Shown here in pieces: positions 9,366 through 17,067 of a stretch of 58,911 nucleotides of DNA. Source of the stretch: a virus. Lineage: Duplodnaviria > Caudoviricetes. Under the pieces are notes generated by a model. The model had not been told where the DNA came from. It was given only the letters and a program-made list of their open reading frames with translations, and searched no databases. A program made the translations under genes and the position numbers. The stretch covers positions 1 through 58,911 of the IMG/VR virus record IMGVR_UViG_3300036853_000162, one strand, 5' to 3'. How positions within the stretch are numbered: position 1 is the stretch's first letter; every line of letters begins with the position of its first letter.

Positions 9366-9811
9366 GCGACACCAGAGAAGAGAGGAAAAAATTAACGCCC
9401 GCCCCGGAAAAAATTAACGAAAACCCTATCGCCACGTTAATTTTTTCCGGCGGTCAGCCCTCTCCACAGGCGGATTCATCGGAAAAAATGGATTACGACG
9501 GGAGAGACAAGGGAAGACAGCGGAAATTCTACGAGACGATAGCATTATTGGAGATGATGTATGCAGGAGACCCCCGAATCTGGGACCGACTCGACGGACA
9601 GATGCAGCGCTATTATCGACGTGAGTATCCTGAGTACTTCGGGAGAACATCAAAAGCAAAACAAGAGGCAAGGACAGAAAACAGGGTCAAAGCGAGCAGA
9701 ATCAGGCACGAGCGTTTCCAGCGCGAAGCGCGAGCCACCACCACGCTTCCTGGTGACAGACCTGAACCGATTAACCTTTCGGATTGGCGAGAGCGCCTAT
9801 CAGGCGGATGA
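9284..9811 (+). CDS. Predicted -1 frameshift extension of the 8415 protein (includes ORF 9488..9811)
   Basis: In-frame slippery C CCT TTG at 9284-90, hairpin 6 nt downstream, -1 frame stop-free from 9284 to 9811. Confidence 0.65.
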   Translation, partial: PFASGPDPDGQRGEPEWAPSEPGPDRLSDTREERKKLTPAPEKINENPIATLIFSGGQPSPQADSSEKMDYDGRDKGRQRKFYETIALLEMMYAGDPRIWDRLDGQMQRYYRREYPEYFGRTSKAKQEARTENRVKASRIRHERFQREARATTTLPGDRPEPINLSDWRERLSGG

Positions 9812-10015
9812 CACCGATCATACACCCGAGTGGGCGCAGTTCGTCGGAGAACACGCAAACGTGGCGCGGGTCATTGATTGGAGCGACCTCGAAGAGCGGG
9901 TTCACTTCCTGAACATGCTCTTCGCCTATTGCTCTGCTAAGGGGAAGCCGTTTCCTTTGGCTGCTCTGCCAGGGGAAAAATTTAACGAAAAAGCTTAATG
10001 GGCGTTAATTTTTTC
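9385..10015. repeat. Five copies of GAAAAAATTAACG; four form two 13-N15-13 inverted dyads
   Basis: Copies at 9385-97(+), 9407-19(+), 9435-47(-), 9975-87(+, 1 mismatch), 10003-15(-). Confidence 0.9.
9561..9998 (+). CDS. Hypothetical protein (start uncertain, possibly GTG ~9753)
   Basis: Protein-like C-terminal half; the 5' part overlaps the frameshift extension. Confidence 0.45.
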   Translation: MQETPESGTDSTDRCSAIIDVSILSTSGEHQKQNKRQGQKTGSKRAESGTSVSSAKREPPPRFLVTDLNRLTFRIGESAYQADDTDHTPEWAQFVGEHANVARVIDWSDLEERVHFLNMLFAYCSAKGKPFPLAALPGEKFNEKA

Positions 10016-10086
10016 TGGCTTGCAAAGTGGCCTGAGAAGCCGTGCAAGCCAGAAAAAATGTTATCGAAATAAGGGAGAAGGAACCC

Positions 10087-10272
10087 ATGCAGGATCAACA
10101 ACCAGCCCAATCATCAACGAAATGTGACAAATGTGGATCATCCATTTTCAGGATTGGCGAGACCAGGACGGACATCATCTACCAATGCTTTTCCCGACAT
10201 ACGATCTATGTCCAGAAGCAAGGCCAGCATATCCCTGTGCAGGGGACCAAGCCGCCGAATGACGCCGCCTGA
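10087..10272 (+). CDS. Small Zn-ribbon protein
   Basis: CDKCG...YQC...H; AAGGA RBS. Confidence 0.55.
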   Translation: MQDQQPAQSSTKCDKCGSSIFRIGETRTDIIYQCFSRHTIYVQKQGQHIPVQGTKPPNDAA

Positions 10273-10279
10273 GCAACAG

Positions 10280-10318
10280 CAGAACCTCCGCTTGCTAATA
10301 ACGCAGCGGAGGTTCTTC
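10280..10318. terminator. Stem-loop closing the rightward early operon
   Basis: AGAACCTCCGCT...AGCGGAGGTTCT inverted repeat. Confidence 0.6.
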
Positions 10319-10406
10319 GCATAGGGATGCCCACTATTGTGACGAGCGCGGGAGGACAGCCTTAAAAAGAGATGGGAGAGCGGGAGAAAATTGGTGGCAA
10401 AAGGGG

Positions 10407-10435
10407 TTGACTTTTCTACCGTTGTAGAATATACT
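10407..10435 (+). promoter_or_regulatory. Sigma70-type promoter with operator-like inverted repeat
   Basis: TTGACT-N17-TATACT; TCTAC-N4-GTAGA in the spacer. Confidence 0.75.
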
Positions 10436-10479
10436 AGAAGAGTACCAGATGGGTACGACAAAGTGAAAGGGTACCGAGA

Positions 10480-10995
10480 ATGATTACCCCAACCGAGACA
10501 GTAACCTGGGATAAGAACGGGCACACGGTCGAAATCGTCGTGTCACCCCGCTCTCTGGACATCTCTCTGGATGGCAAGCGCCTTTGCACGACTGGCATGT
10601 TCCAGCCTGCCCCCGCGCATATGAAGGCACAGGGCGCAGTTGCGGTCGCTGGCCCACTCGCTCTGACTCAGGAGCGTCATGATCAGCTTCAGGCAGTGTG
10701 GAATCGCGTGAAGGCGCAACCAGCGCAGTCTGAGCCTATCGACGAATTCTTTAAGCTTGAGGGTGCGTTGATTACAGCACGCGAAGGTGTGCGCACGCAC
10801 ATGGATCGCTCCCACGGCAATCCTGCTCAGGCTTACGCACAAGAGGCCAAGGCCGAGAAAGACCTTCAGGCGTGGATTGATGCTCACCAGGATGATGAGT
10901 CCTACCGCAGTGAGATCGCCCGCCGCAAACGTACTGCGGTGACTTATCAAGAAGCCTATAACTTGTCCCAGGATGGTCGCGGTCAGGATTATTAA
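10480..10995 (+). CDS. Moron hypothetical protein
   Basis: First ORF after the promoter; 171 aa. Confidence 0.75.
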   Translation: MITPTETVTWDKNGHTVEIVVSPRSLDISLDGKRLCTTGMFQPAPAHMKAQGAVAVAGPLALTQERHDQLQAVWNRVKAQPAQSEPIDEFFKLEGALITAREGVRTHMDRSHGNPAQAYAQEAKAEKDLQAWIDAHQDDESYRSEIARRKRTAVTYQEAYNLSQDGRGQDY

Positions 10996-10996
10996 C

Positions 10997-11218
10997 ATGA
11001 AAACCATCGCAGAGTTGGCCCTTGAGTGTGGTGTTCATCGCACCACACTCAATAAATGGGCCGATAAGACCCGCAAGACCAACCCATCAGTCGAGATCGT
11101 GCGTCAATCCGGGCACATCATCCTCATCGATGAGGAATCAGAACAATTCAAACTCTGGCTCGCGGGCACAAAATCCGGTAGACCGCGCAAATCATCTCTC
11201 CCAGCCGCCTCTGAGTAG
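10997..11218 (+). CDS. Small HTH DNA-binding protein
   Basis: TIAELALECGVHRTTLNKWA HTH and C-terminal GRPRK. Confidence 0.75.
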   Translation: MKTIAELALECGVHRTTLNKWADKTRKTNPSVEIVRQSGHIILIDEESEQFKLWLAGTKSGRPRKSSLPAASE

Positions 11219-11232
11219 GCGGCATTTTTGTG

Positions 11233-11505
11233 CTATCCCTGCGGATCCTGCCCCGCGCTCGTCCTCGGTGGTACGGGCGAGCTTCCCGGCGGAGGGAACC
11301 CGATCGCAGTTGGCACACGTACAGGATTCGGATTGGCTGGTGGAGGCGGATCGAACGGCGAGGGCACATCCGCGAAGAAGGCGCTGAGCACGCCAAGCGG
11401 GCCGCGCATGAGCAGCACGATGTAGGCCATGACGAGCAGGACGGACGCCTGGGCATCGCCGGGGACGAACGCGCCACTGAGCCAAATGCAGAGCAGAGAG
11501 GTGAT
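11233..11505 (-). pseudogene. Possible 3' remnant of a membrane protein gene
   Basis: GC-rich TM plus Pro-rich reading frame whose 5' end runs into an AT-richer plus-strand gene. Confidence 0.35.
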
Positions 11506-11545
11506 CGAAGAAGCGTTGATTGACTTGAAAGGAAAAACAGCGAAC

Positions 11546-11794
11546 ATGAACCCATTTTTTGTTCTTTATCCAGTTACGACGAAAAACGGCGCAATTTGGA
11601 GCGTTGTTGACGGTTATCTCACCCGTGAAGCTGCTTTGGAGGATATCAGCACCTTTGATGGGCCACAGAAAGATCAATGTGTTGTAGCTACTATGGAGGA
11701 ATGCCGGGAGCACTACAAGATTGATGCCTCCTGGTGGAACCTGAATTTTGAAGAAAGTGCTGTTCGTGAAAAGCTTGAGCGCGAGAAGCTGTAG
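11546..11794 (+). CDS. Hypothetical protein (AT-richer moron)
   Basis: AAAGGA upstream of ATG 11546; followed by a hairpin. Confidence 0.55.
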   Translation: MNPFFVLYPVTTKNGAIWSVVDGYLTREAALEDISTFDGPQKDQCVVATMEECREHYKIDASWWNLNFEESAVREKLEREKL

Positions 11795-11828
11795 TCGCTA
11801 TGTCAGATTGCCAGTCCTGCGGTAGTCG

Positions 11829-11882
11829 ACACAAAGAGGAGCGGGCTTGAGCGAAAATGCTCAGGCCCGCTCCTCTTTGTGT
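11829..11882. terminator. Bidirectional terminator
   Basis: ACAAAGAGGAGCGGGC...GCCCGCTCCTCTTTGT between convergent genes. Confidence 0.75.
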
Positions 11883-11906
11883 TCTCCGGCTGCCTCTGCC
11901 ATCGTA

Positions 11907-12392
11907 TCACAGGTATGGCCACAACCGGAGCGGATCGATGCCCCAGCGCCAATTGCTCACGCCGTACGCCCAATCTGGCGTCAGGCCGAACTCGATGAAG
12001 CTGGACGAGCCCCCGAGATATTGCCAATCCACCACATGCGAGCCCACATGCAAGCCTCGTGCCACACTGGCAATCTGCACATACATGTACCGGCTGCCCC
12101 CTGCGTGGCTCGGGTAGTCCAGCTTCCAGGTGATATCCCAGATACATGGCCATTCCCAACACTCGCGCCCGATGAAGGTGATGTAGCCGCTTCTCCAGGC
12201 CGTGATGGGGAGCCCGTGCGTGGCCAAATCGACGCCGTGTTCCTGATTGACGCCGTAGCGTTGTGTCACCGGGCAATGGTACCAGACCGTGCAGGCAGCG
12301 GCATGGGTGCTCTGGTATGCCACACCAATGCCTGCGAACAGGGCGCATACGAGCAGGAATAGTGCGATTAATCTCAACAGTTGACTCTTCAT
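11907..12392 (-). CDS. Secreted M23-peptidase-like protein, probably non-catalytic
   Basis: Signal peptide; VTQRYG, EHGVDL, PITA..G, G.HV..Q.LG, IDP; Zn-ligand His residues absent. Confidence 0.65.
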   Translation of the reverse strand: MKSQLLRLIALFLLVCALFAGIGVAYQSTHAAACTVWYHCPVTQRYGVNQEHGVDLATHGLPITAWRSGYITFIGRECWEWPCIWDITWKLDYPSHAGGSRYMYVQIASVARGLHVGSHVVDWQYLGGSSSFIEFGLTPDWAYGVSNWRWGIDPLRLWPYL

Positions 12393-12561
12393 TCGTGAGC
12401 GACTCCTTTGTGAAATATCTGTACATCCAAATCAATAATGCACGGAAGCAGGTGAGCGGGTCAAGCAGGCGGTACTTTCTGGCAAATGGGTCTTGACAAA
12501 TAAAAATATTTCAGGTATCTATGATAAATAGATGCGTAAGTGTTATTGATTGGAGAATGAC

Positions 12562-13395
12562 ATGCAAGAAGTCGAAATCATCGAAGAAGCCACCGTAGTC
12601 CCTGTAATTCCTGTTCTGGAGATGCCTGTAGCGCGTTTGCAGATTGTCCAGACGAGCGAGATCGTCCAGGAAGGTTGGCCTGGTCGCCCTGATGTAGAGC
12701 CTGTGCTGAGCCAGAACCGTGATGGCCTGTGGATGCTGACCATCCGCAGACAGGGTGAGCACGGCAAGTTCGATGTGCCGTATATTGGCACGGAGATCCT
12801 GCTGGCGGATGCTGAAATGGGACTAATCGTGGCCCTGATCGGATATCATGGCACCGAGACATGGGGCCGGAGCCGGGATAAGCGCGTGCCGAAGGGGCAA
12901 TTCTACCGTTTCTACCAGCAGGAGGAGACGGGCGACTGGCAGCAGGTGGTCTGGCGGCAACTGGACGACGCCACACGCCAGCTCGTGCTTGATCTCGAAA
13001 AGCCCACATGGGCGCGCCAGCCGGGGAAGTTGTCTACTGAGCGCAAGCTGCCAGCAAAGCGGGTCGAGATGATCTCGTACAAGGTGGTACGTGTGATTGA
13101 TGGCCGCTATTACTCGCTCTACCGGCCCGATGTCGAGTATGTTCTGGGGGAGCGTCTGAAACAGCCAGCAAAACCGGGCCATGAGGGCGGCTACTTCTCC
13201 TATCCGACCACTGAGATGGGAGAGAACTATCTGGCCAGTTGCGTGCAGTCCATTCCGTTTCACCCGGAGATCCTGACCCCTGCGCTGGCCTTGCTTGAAT
13301 GCGAGATCGGGGGACGTGTGATTTCGTATGGCCACAAAATGGCGTCTACCTACCTCCGTCCGTTGCGAGTACTGGAGATACGCAACCTCAATTAG
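12562..13395 (+). CDS. Moron hypothetical protein
   Basis: GGAG RBS, TTGACA at 12493 upstream, terminator downstream. Confidence 0.75.
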   Translation: MQEVEIIEEATVVPVIPVLEMPVARLQIVQTSEIVQEGWPGRPDVEPVLSQNRDGLWMLTIRRQGEHGKFDVPYIGTEILLADAEMGLIVALIGYHGTETWGRSRDKRVPKGQFYRFYQQEETGDWQQVVWRQLDDATRQLVLDLEKPTWARQPGKLSTERKLPAKRVEMISYKVVRVIDGRYYSLYRPDVEYVLGERLKQPAKPGHEGGYFSYPTTEMGENYLASCVQSIPFHPEILTPALALLECEIGGRVISYGHKMASTYLRPLRVLEIRNLN

Positions 13396-13400
13396 CGCAA

Positions 13401-13444
13401 AGCAAAGAGGGGGCAGATCGTGATTGATCTGCCCGCCCTTTGCT
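13401..13444. terminator. Intrinsic terminator
   Basis: AGCAAAGAGGGGGCAGATC...GATCTGCCCGCCCTTTGCT. Confidence 0.7.
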
Positions 13445-13493
13445 GTGTCTGGGGTGACTTTTGGCGGGATGGAGAAACTCATGGCAAAACCCC

Positions 13494-13531
13494 TTGCAAT
13501 TTCTAATTAGATACCGTATAATCTAATTAGA
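13494..13531 (+). promoter_or_regulatory. Sigma70-type promoter with two palindromic operators
   Basis: TTGCAA-N17-TATAAT; TCTAATTAGA at 13502-11 and 13522-31. Confidence 0.8.
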
Positions 13532-13567
13532 TAAAGAAGCGTTGCTTAGCAAAAGGAGAAACCAATC

Positions 13568-13876
13568 ATGACTACCTACGAAATTGAGATCCGCTCGTTC
13601 AGCATCCAGGCTGTCACCACTGAGGGCCAGCGCGCCGAGATGGACGGTTTGCGCGTGTTGCTCGCAGACCTGATCGATGGTATTGATCAGGATAAGCTGG
13701 AGCGCGGGCCGGGGTATGGCGAGGATGGTATGGACCACCACAGCGTTTTCGTTGAGCCGAAGAATGTTGGCGAGGCCGTCCGCCGCCTCAACGAGGCTGG
13801 CTATGCCACCGATGAGGATGATGATGGTGAGGAGATTGACGATACCCCAGTCCTGACCGACGACATGTATGCTTAG
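13568..13876 (+). CDS. Small, highly acidic protein
   Basis: AAGGAG RBS; D/E-rich 102 aa. Confidence 0.8.
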   Translation: MTTYEIEIRSFSIQAVTTEGQRAEMDGLRVLLADLIDGIDQDKLERGPGYGEDGMDHHSVFVEPKNVGEAVRRLNEAGYATDEDDDGEEIDDTPVLTDDMYA

Positions 13877-13926
13877 GTTACGCACAGTGGTCTCGCGGCT
13901 CTCACCTCAAGAGCCGCCCCTTTATT

Positions 13927-14388
13927 ATGGACAAACAGAAATCCTCCAACATGACCATCTATTTCCCATTCGACTCGGAGGGCGTAATTGCTCTTCGCAA
14001 GAGGCTGAATGAGATTGCTTCTCGCTACGGCTACAAGGCCACGCGCGGGGGTACAACGGGGCAAGGCAACCTCTCCGAGTTGCTTTTAGCCATTGACGCC
14101 GGAGAGATCGCCACGGTGTTCATGAGCGATGAGGCGAAAGCGCTCATTCCGTGGCTGGATGAGCAACAGTCTGCCGTGCTCCTGACTGGCCACACGATGG
14201 CTGATCAGAATATCTATGATGCCATTGGTGCGCTGAGGGAGCAACTGGCTGAGGCTGCCGACAGAGAAGCGCAGGCGGACGCTGAGGAAGTCGTCGAGTA
14301 CTTCTCGCCTCCGAGTAAACGACAGGTGGGCATGAAGATGATTGAGAATGGACTGCGCTTGCTAAAAGAGGCGGAAGAGGAGAACTAG
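13927..14388 (+). CDS. Putative ribbon-helix-helix-like regulator
   Basis: MTIYF strand followed by LRKRLNEIA...GNLSELL helices. Confidence 0.55.
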   Translation: MDKQKSSNMTIYFPFDSEGVIALRKRLNEIASRYGYKATRGGTTGQGNLSELLLAIDAGEIATVFMSDEAKALIPWLDEQQSAVLLTGHTMADQNIYDAIGALREQLAEAADREAQADAEEVVEYFSPPSKRQVGMKMIENGLRLLKEAEEEN

Positions 14389-14610
14389 ATGATCTGGCTC
14401 ATTGTTGCCGCTGTTTTTGCCGCCATTGCGGTCTATGCACAGCTTTACTTCCAGGGTGTAGGTCGCCTCTATGATGCGGTAAAGAAAGACGGCTTTCAAG
14501 ATGACCCGATGGCTGAGATGCGAAAGCGCGTTTGGACTTGGCGCTGGCTTTTTCTGATGCCGGGGCTCATGCTTGTGCGTGTTTACCATCTCTGGAGAAA
14601 GATCCCCTAA
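14389..14610 (+). CDS. Small two-TM membrane protein
   Basis: GAGGAG RBS; two hydrophobic segments. Confidence 0.65.
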   Translation: MIWLIVAAVFAAIAVYAQLYFQGVGRLYDAVKKDGFQDDPMAEMRKRVWTWRWLFLMPGLMLVRVYHLWRKIP

Positions 14611-14612
14611 AG

Positions 14613-14661
14613 CAAAAAGAGGGGGCAAGTTTGATATTATCAAACTTGCCCCCTCTTTTTG
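14613..14661. terminator. Bidirectional terminator ending the late operon
   Basis: CAAAAAGAGGGGGCAAGTTTGATA-T-TATCAAACTTGCCCCCTCTTTTTG. Confidence 0.85.
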
Positions 14662-14663
14662 TG

Positions 14664-15170
14664 CTACCCACGAGGCGGTACATTCGGCGGCAACATGACC
14701 CCCGCAGGTGGCACGATAGTCCCGCGTGCATCAGGCACGGCCATCAGCTTTGGCGGGATGTACGCGTTCGTGGTCGTCGTGGTGACGGTCGTTGGCTGCA
14801 ATGCCGCCGTGACCGCCGCCGAGAGTGCCTGATCCTGTGGTGTGAGCGCAGCAGGTGGTACCCGGCTCAGCATCTCTTGTCGGCCTGCTTCGACCAATGA
14901 GGAGAGCAATGGCTCATTTTTGGCACTGAAGTATTTTTCCAACACGTTGCCCAACGCGAGCGCTCCCTGAGCCAGAGCAGCGACGATGACGATTGTCCAG
15001 TTGATTTGCGTCCCGGCGGCATTGGCTGAGATAATCGTGTAGCCAGCGAGTACCGCATTGAATACGAAGACCGCCGCCAATTGCTCGTAGAACTTGATCT
15101 GAGCGCGTTGGATGGGCGTCTTGTCCACCGGCATAGGCGTGGGTATAGGTGTGGGCGGTTGTGGTTGCAT
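14664..15170 (-). CDS. Holin-like two-TM protein
   Basis: AGGAG RBS; two TM segments with INWTIVIVAAL; last gene of the late operon. Confidence 0.6.
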   Translation of the reverse strand: MQPQPPTPIPTPMPVDKTPIQRAQIKFYEQLAAVFVFNAVLAGYTIISANAAGTQINWTIVIVAALAQGALALGNVLEKYFSAKNEPLLSSLVEAGRQEMLSRVPPAALTPQDQALSAAVTAALQPTTVTTTTTNAYIPPKLMAVPDARGTIVPPAGVMLPPNVPPRG

Positions 15171-15184
15171 GATGGGCTCCTGTC

Positions 15185-15499
15185 TCACAGCGGCGCAACG
15201 ATCTGCATGAGTCTCGTGTCCGTATGTTGCACCTTCCCGGCCACCGTCCTGCTCGCCTGAAGTGACCATGTACCTGGTGTGGCCACGTCCGCATCCGAGA
15301 ATGTGTACGTGGCATGGCCAGCTGCTCCATCCGTGATGTTCCACGTGCCGGTGCCGACGTGCCGGGTAGCTCCATTGGTCATGACCAGGGAGAGCGCATT
15401 CCCTGTAATCGGGAGCTCGCCATTGCGGGTGTCGAATTGCACGATGAGCGGCATGAGCGTGTCGCCTTGTACCCATGGGTTGAAGTCGTCGTCTGCCAT
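15185..15499 (-). CDS. BppU N-terminal-like Ig domain protein
   Basis: VQGDT..P, ITDGAAG..TY...DV.TPGTW pattern. Confidence 0.65.
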   Translation of the reverse strand: MADDDFNPWVQGDTLMPLIVQFDTRNGELPITGNALSLVMTNGATRHVGTGTWNITDGAAGHATYTFSDADVATPGTWSLQASRTVAGKVQHTDTRLMQIVAPL

Positions 15500-15510
15500 C
15501 GGTAAGCCTC

Positions 15511-15888
15511 CTATACCGCCTGTAGGTCGCTGGATAAGAGCGTGCTCCCATCCTCGCGAACGAAGAGATACACCGCCTGCTCGCCCTGCTTCCACCCGAT
15601 GCAGTGGACGGTTGGGCGTAGTTCGCGGTTGCCATCAAGCGGATTGAGCGACACGCTTCGGCGGCGGAAGAAGACAGGATGAGCTCCTGGCGGGACAGCC
15701 ACCGTATGAACGGAGACCGTCTCCATGTAGAGCAGCGTCAGGGCTGTGCATCGCTCCAGATCCACACTGCCAAAGCCTCCAACGGCGTGCGTCTCGTCCA
15801 GGTGATCGCCATCCGAGTAGGTTGCACGCCATGAGTAGATATCTTGTATGTCAATGGTGACTTCCATTGTTGCTTGTGTGTTGTCCAT
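15511..15888 (-). CDS. Hypothetical phage protein
   Basis: AAGGAG RBS; W.A.Y.DG and P.FFRRR motifs. Confidence 0.7.
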   Translation of the reverse strand: MDNTQATMEVTIDIQDIYSWRATYSDGDHLDETHAVGGFGSVDLERCTALTLLYMETVSVHTVAVPPGAHPVFFRRRSVSLNPLDGNRELRPTVHCIGWKQGEQAVYLFVREDGSTLLSSDLQAV

Positions 15889-16940
15889 TAAGTCTCCTTA
15901 TTCATAGCCGCGTAATGCACTTCCGCAAAGATCCGCGCGGCTTCTAATCCCTCTTCGGTGTAGGGGAAGTACTTGGTTATCCTACATGCTTTGCATTGGC
16001 ATGTGAACTTGTACGTAGTGCTTTCTATGCGATTGTTGCGCTTCTTTTTGTAAATTGTTATTCCCCTAAAGCCTGTTGAGGAAATGCCGAGGGCTGACAG
16101 GTGGCTGTGATTATTCCTCAAGCACAGGTTTTCGCGCCGGTTATCAAGAGTGTTGAGATTGAGATGGTCAATCCACTCGCCCTCTTTTGCTCTGGTGAGA
16201 TACCGATTAAGGAACATGATCTCCCCATGAAACGATCCTTGTGCGCGGTAGTTTCCTGTTCTCCGATCATATGCCGCCCGCCACCTCACTTTCAGCGCGT
16301 TCTCTAAGTCAAGAGTATCGATTATCGCTTCTTGCCCGAGGGTCAGGGTGATGTAGCTGACGCCCCCATCAGTTCGGTATGCATTCGGCTTCACAGCACG
16401 GGGAAGCATCTTCTGATTGGCGCGTGCTCGTTTCAGCTTCTCCCGTGCTTCGGGAGTGTGTTTTTTGCCTTTAAATGTACTGGGTTTGCCGCGATGGGAA
16501 GCACTCTGTCTCTCAAGAGTTTCAGTCGATCTCTCCCGGCCAGTATTGGCTTTGCTGATCCTGGCAATCGCTTCTGATGTATGCCGGTATCCTAGTGCCG
16601 ATCCTGCCTTTATGAGGATGTTAAAGCCACGCTTGCCGAATGGCTTGAGTTTATCAAGCCAGCATTGCTCTCTGGCTGTTAGCATCTCTGGAAGAAGCAC
16701 CAATTCCAGTACCTCGAACGTGAATGCTTCCTGTCCATATTTATTGAAAGCCCGTTGCAAGTAGGAATTTACATGTCGGTTTTTGCGGAGATCCCGAAGG
16801 TGATCCGCTCTCCGTCGCTGTAGATCCAAAGCGCTACCAATATAAATCTTTTCGTTAGCGGCGCAGGCGATCTTGTAGATTCCAGGAGCTTTAGGCAACG
16901 AAACATTGTCGTTGTGCTCACGGGGTGGTAAGGTATCCAA
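15888..16940 (-). CDS. GIY-YIG homing endonuclease with NUMOD3 repeats and an HNH-like C-terminus
   Basis: GIYKI...YIGSA, LQRAFNKYG, FKGKKHTPE, IDHLNLNTLDNRRENL; lower GC; AGGAGG before TTG 16940. Confidence 0.9.
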   Translation of the reverse strand: MDTLPPREHNDNVSLPKAPGIYKIACAANEKIYIGSALDLQRRRADHLRDLRKNRHVNSYLQRAFNKYGQEAFTFEVLELVLLPEMLTAREQCWLDKLKPFGKRGFNILIKAGSALGYRHTSEAIARISKANTGRERSTETLERQSASHRGKPSTFKGKKHTPEAREKLKRARANQKMLPRAVKPNAYRTDGGVSYITLTLGQEAIIDTLDLENALKVRWRAAYDRRTGNYRAQGSFHGEIMFLNRYLTRAKEGEWIDHLNLNTLDNRRENLCLRNNHSHLSALGISSTGFRGITIYKKKRNNRIESTTYKFTCQCKACRITKYFPYTEEGLEAARIFAEVHYAAMNKET

Positions 16941-17067
16941 GACGAACCTCCTAATTGGGTTTGTCCACGCCTGGGGATGTTTGCGGCATCGCTCAGGCTT
17001 TGCATTGTTTAGGGCTTTATTATACCATAAATTGGCGTAGAACACCATACTGACCACCCTTCAGGGC

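Noticed and set aside
9385-10015. IS or MITE bounded by terminal inverted repeats (AAAAAATTAACGCCC / GGGCGTTAATTTTTT)
   Set aside because: No transposase or evident target-site duplication, and the motif recurs internally as dyads, which fits binding sites better
14664-15638. 324-aa ORF as listed in the track
   Set aside because: Its 5' half overlaps two better-supported genes; the real start is probably ATG 15170 with an AGGAG RBS
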